Below are positions 51,121 through 62,570 of a stretch of 64,000 nucleotides of DNA, piece after piece. Source of the DNA: Lingula anatina (Eukaryota > Animalia > Brachiopoda); contig CM120649.1 in NCBI GenBank assembly GCA_051362555.1, forward strand, positions 19,482,567 to 19,546,566, in the 5' to 3' direction. The notes under the pieces are model-generated. The model was not told where the DNA came from, ran no database searches, and saw only the letters and a program-made list of their open reading frames with translations. How positions within the stretch are numbered: position 1 is the first letter of the stretch; each line of letters starts with the position of its first letter. The position numbers and the translations under genes were made by a program.

Positions 51121-51651
51121 CTGAAATGCAAAAAATATAGCTTTAGTGTAAACACTACAAACGCGTTGTGTTTTATTTCAACTGCATTGGGATTTCAATA
51201 CATGTGTTCCAGATAAGCTTCACAGCTTGATATTGGTGGTCTAAACTGCCACATGAAGAAACAAACTTGGTGATAAGATGGGACTGAGAGACACTCATTC
51301 TCCCCAATTGTTAGCATGATACCTTTATCCCTAACACAGCACACAAAACATGCACATTAATAATCCTTCTCCATTCCCCCTCTCCCCCATTCAACTGACT
51401 CCTCTTTCTATCCCCCCCTCAACGGCTCCTCTATCATTTCTTCTTTCTCTCCCACCCTACCTTACTGACCTCTCTCTCTCTCTCACACATCGTCAGACAG
51501 TGCCTCCTCCTCTCTCTCACATAAACAGACAGGCAGTGTCCAACTCACCCTCCTCCAATAGAATTAGAGATGTCTCTCTCTCTCTATCTCTCTCTCTCTC
51601 TCTCACATACTCTACCCCCCCCCCCCCCCCCCTTTCCCCCAGGACACTCAC

Positions 51652-51866
51652 CCTCCTCCAATAGTCAGCATGGTCCTGTCCCCTGCCTGGAACATATATC
51701 CTGTATTAGAGATCTCCTCTGGTGGCTTCTTCAGCCCAACCCACTCAATCTTCTCTACCTCTGGTACAAGAGTGAACAGAAATGTCTCCCCCGTCCCAAA
51801 ATATGTCAGTCTTTTCTCGTACTGTATTCTTTCTGACCAGTCGTTGGAGCAGTAGGCACCAAATAC
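51652..51866 (-). CDS. TBC1D24: TBC1D24 exon (TLDc)
   Basis: VFGAYCSNDWSER...YFGTGETFLFTLVP...EWVG...MFQAGDRTMLTIGGG; GG|GTGAGT donor. Confidence 0.93.
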
Positions 51867-52153
51867 CTGAAGTAGAATGTGAATTAGAATTATTTTTTTA
51901 CATTAGTGAAAAAATTAATGTGAAGTCATAATGTTAGAGCGCTTAAAAAGAGTAAAACTTCCCCCTTGTACTTCTCTTCTTTGAAAATATTTTATATAAA
52001 ATCTTGCAACTTCCTTCACCCCTCCCAAAAAACAGAAATAATAAATAAATAAATAAATAAACTCTACTAATCACTGGTAAAATTTTATTATTTATTTATA
52101 AATGGAGATAAAATTGACATCTCTGAAAAAAAGTATAATTATATAGTTCCCAC

Positions 52154-52312
52154 CTCATCTTTCTCTGTTTTGATGACCAGAATGACGGCTCCTTTGTTCT
52201 CTATCTTCTGGTACAGCGTGATGAGGCTGGTCCCGTGTTCCTCCGTAGAAAACAACAGCTCTGGCTGGTACACAGTCATCCTGTATGGCAGCCATGACCA
52301 GATAGTCTGCAG
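52154..52312 (-). CDS. TBC1D24: TBC1D24 exon (start of TLDc)
   Basis: LQTIWSWLPYRMTVYQPELLFSTEEHGTSLITLYQKIENKGAVILVIKTEKDE. Confidence 0.93.
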
Positions 52313-52365
52313 CTGGAACAGTCAATATGAAGTCAAGAGTCAACAGAAGTAAAAATAAAGTGGCC

Positions 52366-52536
52366 CAGGCCTGTAGCCAGGGGGGTTCGGGGGGTTCGAA
52401 AGAACCGCCCTTTTTGTCAGGAAAAGGTCCATTCTGGGTACAATTTGATCTAGGCACACAAAGATATCATTGTTAAAGGTCCACTTTTTCAGAAAAAAAA
52501 AACCCTGCCTTTTTGAATTTGCTGGTTATGGGCCTA
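52366..52536. mobile_element. CAGG-ended MITE with 5-bp TSD (TGGCC), in a TBC1D24 intron
   Basis: TGGCC|CAGGCCTGTAGCCAG...CTGGTTATGGGCCTA|TGGCC. Confidence 0.75.
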
Positions 52537-53952
52537 TGGCCTTTAAGCCCGTGGTACATTCAGAATTTTTGCCGTGTCTATCCATGTCATCAAAAAGGTC
52601 AATAATACCAGTGTGCATTGGTATTTGGCACATAGCAATTAAAAAACCCTTTCCGCAGGCAAAAACCCAACAGGAGAACATCCATCACTGTAGAAGGAGC
52701 TCCCAGCTACCTAGCCAATGTTTTAGCATGTCAGTGCCATAAAATATGCATTACCATTATGCTATCAGGTGGGCAAAAGCCAGAAAGTGCAGTAATGGTT
52801 TCTCGGCTCCAGTATGAACATCTCATGCTCTTGACCTTACTGGAGACCTTGAAAACCACTCTGAGCCTCTGTGACATAAGGAGAGACAAAACTGATACAT
52901 TGGTTAGCAAGTGCAACCTAGCCTTATTTTATAGCAATCTGATTTTTGCATACCTGTTTTTTTTTTTTCCAAAGGTAAGAATACCTTGGGTATTAGTTCA
53001 GTAAGTGGGAAGAAATTTACAATTTATGCCAAGAAATACAAAAGTATTCTTGTTTTTATATCCTTAAATCACCCACACTGTGGAATTGAATTTTGACCCC
53101 CATTAAATAAAACATTGACTCAAAAATTAAGCTGTCATGTTCATTACAAATCATGTCTAAAAGCAAACCAAAAACCAAAACAAATTCTGACTCTGTTTAC
53201 AGAGAGTTGTCCATCATTAACCAAATTATTAATTTTGTCTGACCTCAACTTGTTTACCCAACCATTCAAGACATGCACTACAGCCAAGGCACACAGGGCC
53301 TTCATAGCCCCTTTAGAATAGCACATCTTGGTTGTCCTGTGATGTCAATTAGGCTATTTCCAGTTCAGGTAAAACTAATTCGAGATGTACGTTTACAAAG
53401 GACACCTGGAAGACATATGCCAAGCAAGAGATTTATGCTATTCATAACTCTGAAGTAACAAAGTACATAACAAAGTGCATATCCTTTCGATACTTCTTTA
53501 TCAACATATTATCAGGTACCATTCAAACACTGTGAATGTATGTATGTGTGTGCAGGGTGAGCATGGTACAAACTGAAATCAAATCAACATAGTTGGCAAT
53601 CACCAGTACAATATATAAAAACAGCAAACCATTAACCTACACATCTAGTTATGCACCTGAACACAACTTTAGCAGGAACAGGTAAAGTTGGAATTATTTA
53701 ACCTTTAAGTTGCAGGTAAAAATGTAGGTAATACACCACTCAAGGCCAGACAGAGTTTCAAAATCCGTCTGCGTCCTAACTTCTCTGTTATCTCCAAAAT
53801 GATGTTCACCACTCAACCCACCACAGCCTATAGCCACCTTCAACACATCATATAAGTTGCACACATGATATTTACACATGGAGGAAGTTTCTAGAGAAAT
53901 AGCAGCCGTTTAGTGGGAAAATCAGTCCTTAGCCTAATGATAAGATTGACCT

Positions 53953-54700
53953 GGATGGTTGAGTGGTTGGGTATATTGTTTGTAGGGTAGTTGAGTGGTT
54001 GGGTGTGTAGTTTATGGGATGGTTGAGTGGTTGGGTATATTGTTTGTAGGGTAGTTGAGTGGTTGGGTGTATTGTTTGTAGGGTAGTTGAGTGGTTGGGT
54101 GTGTAGTTTATGGGATGGTTGAGTGGTTGGGTATATTGTTTGTAGGGTAGTTGAGTGGTTAGGTGTGTAGTTTATGGGATGGTTGAGTGGTTGGGTATAT
54201 TGTTTGTAGGGTAGTTGAGTGGTTGGGTGTGTAGTTTATGGGATGGTTGAGTGGTTGGGTATATTGTTTGTAGGGTAGTTGAGTGGTTGGGTGTGTAGTT
54301 TATGGGATGGTTGAGTGGTTGGGTATATTGTTTATAGGGTGGTTGAGTGGTTGGGTGTGTAGTATATGGGATGGTTGAGTGGTTGGGTATATTGTTTATA
54401 GGGTGGTTGAGTGGTTGGGTGTGTAGTATATGGGATGGTTGAGTGGTTGGTATATTGTTTATAGGGTGGTTGAACAGGTTGGGTGTGTAGTTTATGAGAT
54501 GGTTGAGTGGTTGGGTGTGTAGTTTATGGGATGGTTGAGTGTGTAGTATATGGGATGGTTGAGTGGTTGGGTGTGTAGTTTATGGGATGGTTGAGTGGTT
54601 GGGTGTGTAGTATATGGGATGGTTGAGTGGTTGGGTGTGTAGTATATGGGATGGTTGAGTGGTTGGGTATATTGTTTATAGGGTGGTTGAACAGGTTGGG
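53953..54700. repeat. Minisatellite, 32-bp monomer with partial 64-bp A/B alternation
   Basis: GGATGGTTGAGTGGTTGGGTATATTGTTTGTA / GGGTAGTTGAGTGGTTGGGTGTGTAGTTTATG, about 23 monomers. Confidence 0.95.
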
Positions 54701-56064
54701 CAGGTGTGTTTTGGGAGTGCGTGGGGTTAGAAGAGCACATGGTTGGAATAATGGAGTCATGCATGGTTAAAGTTCTGTTGCAACTTTTTCCTGGCTCACC
54801 CCCTCAAAAATGGTCCATTTTGCCTAGACTATCAAATCATGCATAAACACAATCAACATAAAGGTGCATGCAAAGGAGCAAGATTATGATAGTTATTACT
54901 GAGGTGGGTGAGATTGGTAAATGATGACAATGTGTTAGGTGTGACAATTTGCTGGATGTGACAATGTGTTAGGTGTGACAATGGAACTTGTTCATGATTC
55001 TACAGTGAAGATAGAGGCGGGAGAAGGGAACTATTAGAACAATGAAGGAACTGTTAGGACCAAAACATTCAAGTGGTCAACAAGTTAGTACTAACAAAAT
55101 GCAGGAAGAGGCAAAAATTCAACTTCCATGATTTCACAATTCAACAGTTGTACCTAGCAATTGTTGGCTCTACAACAAGTTTACAAGAACAATATCAAAG
55201 TTGTATATAGTCTTTTCATTAAAAATTATTTTTCTTTCAAAACTGTATCACAGAAATTAAATCTTGTTGTAATTATGACAAGGAATCTTGACCAAGACAG
55301 AAATATCAATCATGTAGACAAAGAAAGCTTGAGTTATGCCAAAAAATTAACCCAAGCTACAATGGTAAAATGCGACATATAATTTTGTACAAACCTGTGG
55401 TCACACGTCAGTAATTCTGACATTAAAAATCTAAGGTGTGCTCAGACTGGGACTTGAAACTTGGATCGGTTTAGGTCTCAACTAACCCTACAACCTACCC
55501 AACAATAACATCAGTGGGCTGAACAGTCAACATGTAAACATAAACATAAACTCTGGTACAGATAAGTTAAATTCTCATACACTTTCATTTTAAATCACAT
55601 ACACTGTTGATACATTGAATTGAAGCCTTAAAGAGAAAGCTTAAAAGTGTTATTTACAAGGAAAATGGATAAACTGAAACATACACCATTAAAAGCAACA
55701 TTGATCCAAGTCTACACCAAAGTCTGAGCACAACTGAATGGACATCTATAAATAATGGGATGTCTGACCACCAAACTGACCCCCACAAGGAGGACAGCTA
55801 AGAGGGTCAAGTACTCACTTGTTCCAAAGTCAAAACATTAGTCTTAGCATCAGCCAGCGCAATTCTACCCACTGACCTTGACCTCCCGAGTTTGCGATTA
55901 CATGGAAGCCACTGGAGAGGCAGCAAGTTAAAATTGGAGAAGAGATGTTAGTTGATGGAAAATGTCACACCTAACACACTGGTAGATTTCAAACACAATG
56001 TTAGTGTCACCATTTTTAATCTGTAACCTCCAACATCATATCGCTGTGTCAGATATGTACGTGT

Positions 56065-56606
56065 CACAGCCAGCACACTTTACATCACCCCTGACACATT
56101 TGATTTCACACCCGGCACAATTTATTTCACACCTGACACATTTGATTTCACACCCGGCACAATTTATTTCACCCCTGACACATTTGATTTCACACCCGGC
56201 ACAATTTATTTCACCCCTGACACATTTGATTTCACACCCGGCACAATTTATTTCACACCTGACACATTTGATTTCACACCCGGCACAATTTATTTCACAC
56301 CTGACACATTTGATTTCACACCCGGCACAATTTATTTCACACCTGACACATTTGATTTCACACCCGGCACAATTTATTTCACACCTGACACATTTGATTT
56401 CACACCCGGCACAATTTATTTCACACCTGACACATTTGATTTCACACCTAACACAATTTATTTCACACCTGACACATTTGATTTCACACCTAACACAATT
56501 TATTTCACACCTGACACATTTGATTTCACACCTGACACAATTTATTTCACACCTGACACATTTGATTTCACACCTGACACAATTTATTTCACACCTGACA
56601 CATTTG
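56065..56606. repeat. Minisatellite, 21-bp monomer / 42-bp dimer
   Basis: ATTTCACACCCGGCACAATTT + ATTTCACACCTGACACATTTG repeated about 12 times; explains the spurious ORF 55998-56621. Confidence 0.95.
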
Positions 56607-57134
56607 ATGTCAAGTAAATAACAGCCACATAAATTTCAATATAACCCTCATTAGTGTTAATGAATGGTAAGTGAAAGAATTAAATAAAGTTATATATGAA
56701 AACAGAGTTGAGTATGTTAAATAAACAAATAGAGCGTAAGGGGAGAAGCAGTATTATAACATTTAGTCTCAATATTAGTCTGAAAGGGTCCAGTGCATAC
56801 AACTCAGAGATAGAAAGAAAGTGCCTTCCAAGGTTAATATTTAACTTATTCTCCATCTAAAATTAATTTTGCTCCACTTCTCCTCCCCGCCTCCCCTGAG
56901 CTCCCCCCTTCTCCAACCCAACCCCTCCCCCATCTCAAATCCTCCTCCTCCCGTCTCTTCCACCTCTCCGCCTCCACTTTCTTTTTTACCTACTCCCCAC
57001 CCAATCTCTCTCTCTCCCCTCTCCTCCCCCTCCTCCCACTCGCCACCCCCTCCTCTCTTCCCCACCCTCCCCTCCCCTCTCATCTCCTCCCCCCACTCGC
57101 CACCCCCTCCTCCCACTTCCCACCCCCTCCTCAC

Positions 57135-57359
57135 CTCATCATGTGACAAAATGGTAGAGTTAATCTCATGTATAGGCATGGGAGGTCCAATAAATGACTT
57201 GTTTGCCCGCATAGGACCGAGCGATTCCGAGGACTTGGCTTTGACCAGTCCATGACTGCTGCCGACCCTCAGGTGGACCTTGCTCTTTAGGAACATGTCA
57301 TGTTTGACATACAGTTTGTTGATATCCTTCCGCTTGAGCCCTCTGATACCAAATGCCGT
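57135..57359 (-). CDS. TBC1D24: TBC1D24 exon (linker)
   Basis: TAFGIRGLKRKDINKL...INSTILSHDE; 225 nt; GAG|GTGAGG donor. Confidence 0.88.
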
Positions 57360-57565
57360 CTGAAAAAGATGTAGAAAAACAACTAGATAAGCAGTTTGAG
57401 TTCCAACCTTCCCTACGGCAACTTAATTCTAGATTTATTTATAATAAATGAATCACCTTTTAAAATATAATGGATTTTTAGTTGACCCATTCCCGACTTG
57501 TCATGAAAAATTGATCAAATTTATCTTAAAATCAAGCTAACTTTTCTTTTCTTTCTTTCTTTTCT

Positions 57566-57598
<33 letters not shown>

Positions 57599-59506
57599 TT
57601 GGTGAAAGCCCAAATACATGTTTCTCATCAGCACTTGCTGAAAATTTGAGATGTATGAACTCCATTTTACTTAATGGGCTGCACATATTACGTAAAAGAT
57701 ATTGTATTTTTAAAGCTAAAGCACGCTCCTAAAGCACTTATTACAAACCCTGTATATTATCAAGCTGTGTGTACAGACTTTAGCTCCACTTATATTCCAT
57801 TACATTATACTGAGAAAGACTGAAAATAAGGTGTGTGATTCAGTTTTATTGCAGGTCTTTTTCAATCTCAAAAAAGACATTTTTGACTCCCAAAGTTTTA
57901 AATCTGCCAATAGTCTGAAAAATCTCACCCCTGATTGTATTCTAAATACTACTTACAACAACAATCTTGGGCAGACTGAGATTTGCAAGGTTGGGAGTAC
58001 TCTTCCATTTTCCTTTATTCCCATCGCTCATGTTTATCTGTGTAATGTGTGTATTCCACGTCCACACTATCAACCTTGTGTTAAGTAGTCAACAGTATCA
58101 TTTACCAACTAGAAACCTTACGTATGCAAGACATCAGAATCCTAAATATTTTGCTAAAACCACTTTTGGATCTAGTGATAGGAAAGTCACTTCCATTAAC
58201 TGAAGCCAAACAGCCCTGTTCCTAATCTACGAGTTCAGTGATGGTTTCCTTCAGTATACAGTCAAACACATCCTCCAAGCATTATCCACAGAAAGAAATC
58301 GTCTACCTCCTGTGAAAGTTCTTCATCTTGCTCCAAGAAATTTTGCTCAGTGTGTTTAAACTGAGACTTTCAACTTCTAAGACTATAGTATAAGCCTTTT
58401 CCAAAAGTTCTTCAAGTTCTCCTTGGGATCCAAATATGTGTGCCCTTACAAGTCACTAACACATTACCAAAGAAAATAACCCTACAGAGTTCTACCTCTT
58501 GTGAAATTTCTCCTTCAAACTGTCTCTAAAACTAACGTCTGGAGTCAGAAATCCTCAAATGTTCTACTTCTTATGTAAGTAACCCTGTACACTTTCGCTG
58601 TTGTACAGCTCTAGTTTCCAGGAGCAGAGAAAAGGTCACAAGAAATCTGACTTCTGTGGCATTTGGGCTTAGAAGAAGACGGTACTTCTCAGCTGATGAT
58701 GTTCAATTACCAGGATTTATGACTCAACATTCATAAATAGCTCACAGATGTTATAGCACTGGCAATAAAAATAACAATAACAACACACTGCTTTTCACCT
58801 GGATTTAAGTACTAGTAACTGTTGTTTTTCCAAACAGCATATTAATGAAACTGACTCAAAAATAAAACAAAATATTTTTTTTCTCGTCTCCATTATGGTT
58901 AACCTATATTCAGTTATCTGATCAATAATTACAAATAAAATCACACTGATACTTTTTCATTCATAATGTCTGTCTAGTTTATATTTGATTTATATTATAT
59001 TTGCAGTAAACTTGGCTCTATACTACATTTTATACCTCATGGCTTTATCATTATCCCTCACAGACCTATACATCTGGCAGCTACACAGGTAATTTACCTT
59101 TTTACTCATAAATAAACCTGTACTCCTGTACAACAACCATTACTACCTATGCTCAAGGTCTTTTCCTTCTGATGGTTACAGGGTGTGATTACCTTGAAAC
59201 CCCTTCCTTTAAGTTTACATAAAATCTCAGTGCTTTATGTCTGTTTATTTTCTGGGAGTGGGGAAACATTTTTGTTTAAAGTGCGATTGAAATGCCCTTT
59301 TAAAAGATGTCCTCTAAAATTTGGCCAAGAAAGAGGTGATATCGGATTCAGTTTCCCTGACAGGTCGTCCAATAGTCACTATATCTGTATTTATTCCTTA
59401 TGAGAGATCTCTATTGTAACATCAAGTCAAAGGTCAAACTTTCTACAACCAAGCACTTCTAAAAGTGAGTTTGAAATGTTAACATCTACATGGAAGTCAC
59501 TCTTAC

Positions 59507-59607
59507 CTTTAAGAATTTTTCCACTGTAACAATATTTTTAATATCCCTGCAGAACTGACTAATGGCTGCTTGGACAGCAGCACTGGTACTTATTGCACCG
59601 TCTCTCG
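59507..59607 (-). CDS. TBC1D24: TBC1D24 exon
   Basis: RDGAISTSAAVQAAISQFCRDIKNIVTVEKFLK; phase 1-0; GTAAGA donor. Confidence 0.85.
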
Positions 59608-59807
59608 CTGGAAAAATAATACAGCATTTTAATTAACAGGGCAGTTGTAGTATTGTGTTGATTAATATATATATATATATATATATTAATGATTTAATAA
59701 TTTATTCTATTGAACTAAATATCTAAATATTCTACCAATATCTGAGAGAGAGAGAGAGAGAGCGAGAGAGCGAGCATTGCAGCCATTGAGTTAGATATGC
59801 CACTGAC

Positions 59808-59898
59808 CTGCATGTTTCTGGAAGAGATGTAACACAGCCAGTGCAGCTCTGTACAACACTTTACGCCCTTCAAACAGATAGCAGTCTATCACACGTAA
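59808..59898 (-). CDS. TBC1D24: TBC1D24 exon
   Basis: LRVIDCYLFEGRKVLYRAALAVLHLF, the C-terminal TBC motif. Confidence 0.92.
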
Positions 59899-60095
59899 CT
59901 GAGAAGGAAAAAAATTCACTGCATTAAAGGTGTCATAAACAAAATTCTGTGCCATATCCGCTTTTTCCTGGGGAAAAAAATCTCAAGAATTTTTTTTTTT
60001 GTTCTTGAGAATCATTGCTGAACCTGTTCCTGCAATTGGATTTGATGTTAGTACCACACTGTCAACATTTTAAACTCACATAGTACATGGGGAAC

Positions 60096-60361
60096 ATCTC
60101 AACCATCTCACCTAGCACAATGTGAAGAACTCAACCATCTCAACTAGCACAATCTGACTATCTCAACCATCTCACATACCACAATGTGACCATCTCACAT
60201 GTACAATGTCAGCGTCTCAACCATCTCACCTAGTACATTGTGAAGAACTCAACCATCTCACCTAGCACAATGTGAAGAACTCAACCATCTCAACTAGCAC
60301 AATGTGACCATCTCACATGTACAATGTCAGCGTCTCAACCATCTCACCTAGTACAATGTGA
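60096..60361. repeat. Minisatellite, ~32-bp unit
   Basis: AACCATCTCACCTAGCACAATGTGAAGAACTC and variants in tandem, ending at a TBC1D24 donor site. Confidence 0.85.
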
Positions 60362-60368
60362 TATTTAC

Positions 60369-60470
60369 CATGTAAGAAAATGGAAGATCTCTGAGCAACC
60401 ACCAGAGCCAGCCTTCAAATACTACATCTACCTGCTTTGTATTGCGCTCTATAAAGCTGTGGGCAGATTT
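60369..60470 (-). CDS. TBC1D24: TBC1D24 exon
   Basis: KSAHSFIERNTKQVDVVFEGWLWWLLRDLPFSYM; 102 nt, phase 0-0. Confidence 0.88.
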
Positions 60471-60756
60471 CTGGAAAGGAAAAAAAAATACACATGAAAA
60501 TCAGAAAAAAAATTCAGAACGCCATTAGACAGTTTGCACATTTTTTTTTTCATTTTTAGGTGTGATAACTATGAGTGTAATTTTTTCAAACAAGTAAAAA
60601 TATTGTACAATTTAGACTGTCACCTGAGACAATGGGTCTTCAAATGAAGAGATAAAGACAAAAATCTAGGTGATGCACTTCTAATTCCATAGACATATTG
60701 CTTCTATATCTGACTTCACATGTAGGTCATTTACTTTATCTCCTTGCTCTACTTAC

Positions 60757-61064
60757 AACAAATCTTTTGGTGAGGTCCCTTATTACCAGTCCCGTGGCCT
60801 GATACGCCAGCTTGGTCTGCGATATATGCCCCATCTTACTATGCAACAGACCATAGATTGCGTTAAAAGCATCTTCCTCTGCCATATAGTGCAGACAAAG
60901 ACAAGTGAGCGGGAATAGCGCAGGACTATAGGTGATGTCAGGCTCGGTGTACGCTATGACACATATGATACGCTTGGCACACTGAAGACCCTGCTCATTC
61001 AGGAAGTAATGTGTGGTCAGCTCGTGGTCTACGAAGGCAGGGAGCGTGATGTCTAGATGGCGCT
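60757..61064 (-). CDS. TBC1D24: TBC1D24/skywalker exon (TBC domain)
   Basis: LPAFVD...YFLNEQG...KRIICVIAYTEPDITYSPALFPLTCLCLHYMAEEDAF...QTKLA; GTAAGT donor. Confidence 0.92.
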
Positions 61065-62453
61065 CTGAATCAAGAAAGGATCTTCTTCATTACTGTTGTA
61101 ATGTATTGCTTTCATAAAAATTATGACTTAAAAAGTTATAATATACCCTGCTGGTGGCAAACTGAAACAGGTGAAATTATATATATATATATATCTATAT
61201 ATCTATATATATATATATATATACATATGGCATTAATAAGGAACAAAATGATAAAATAATCCATAGATGGCACTATAGTGCAAGAGAAGACTGTCCCTGA
61301 AGCTGTAACACAATGAGATGATATAGTTTGCAGTAGACATAAAAATAAAGACAAAATGAAGTATATGTCCAGCTTATGAATGGTTCCACATTCTTGGTGA
61401 CCTGAGCAATGTCCAATCACTTCTTTTAAGACAACCCATATGTCAGGTAACAATCTGGCTGAAAACTGAAAATTTTAGTTAATCAAGTGCATCACCATTA
61501 TCAAATGGATTTGGTTAAAGTAATTGTAAATACCAACTAAAACGCCATGTCCATAAATAAGAAATGAAAAACTGCTAATACAGTCAATGCAATCAAGTGG
61601 TCAGTTAAAAATTTACTTTTTAATTCAGAGACTACTTTAAACAGAATCAAGATATTGAGTAAAAAGTATTTGATCAGTGTACACTACAATATAATTAAAA
61701 CTAATGTTATGTATACTGTTTGATATCAGCCAGCTGTAAGTCATATTTTAAATAAAAATCATAGTTTGTAAAAATTTCTAGGTGTGTGGAAATTCCAAGC
61801 ATTGAATTCTATCCCAGAAATCAATAGAATTATCTCATGCTATTAGAAATTGATTAAATCTTTCAGATTTCAAATTAAACATGTATACAAACTCCATTTG
61901 CTATGAAGTATTGATTGAGTTACCTCGTGCATTGTTATCAAAACAATCCACACAATCAGGATACAATCCTTACACTGTTGGTTAATGCTAACCTCTCATT
62001 CCAAATAATAAGCAAAAGTGCAAAATCAATTTCAAAGATGCAATTAATAAATTGTTAAAAAGCAAACCACTACTGCCCCACGCAGCACACTGTTAACTCA
62101 GTTGGCTACACTTTTTTTTTCAGCCAAATCAATGTGAGAATCATGACTTAATTTTCCCCATTTATATACTTATTCTTATTGAATGACAGCAAGCTATGTT
62201 TGATATTTGCTATGCTAGTGTTAGCTTACAAACTACAAAGTACTGTAAGATTTAGCTGTCAAACCAAGATGCAAAAACCTTTTATGCAAAGCAGCAAACT
62301 AAGAAGAAGCCTCACACTTCCAAAGTCCTGCAAATGAAAAAAATACCAGCAAGGTCAAAGGGCAGAGGCCAAAGGTTATGACCCATAATACAGAATCTAG
62401 GTCAAAGTGAGGTCAAAGGTCATCTAGTGTGCTGCAAGCCACTCTGTACATAC

Positions 62454-62570
62454 CAGGACAGGAGAAACTGACGCTCCCCCAGTTTCCATAGTAACTCTGG
62501 TTGCGCCGCATGCGATGGTGAGAATTTTTATCTGCGACCACACTTTGGGATCGCATCATTTTTTCTGCAC
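62454..62570 (-). CDS. Candidate upstream or alternative exon of TBC1D24
   Basis: TTCCAG acceptor, G|GTATGT donor, 117 nt; open only in phase 1-1 (AEKMMRSQSVVADKNSHHRMRRNQSYYGNWGSVSFSCP); compatible with the next exon; no recognisable domain similarity. Confidence 0.4.

Noticed and set aside
53953-54700. Regular array that could be mistaken for CRISPR
   Set aside because: No unique spacers and no cas genes, in a eukaryotic intron; it is a plain tandem minisatellite.
55998-56621. 207-aa ORF with ISHPAQF/ISHLTHL repeats
   Set aside because: Translation of a 21/42-bp minisatellite, antisense within a TBC1D24 intron; the open frame follows from a unit length divisible by three.
56841-57134. Gly/Glu-rich and Pro-rich ORF extensions
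   Set aside because: C-rich low-complexity intron sequence beyond the GAG|GTGAGG donor at 57135.
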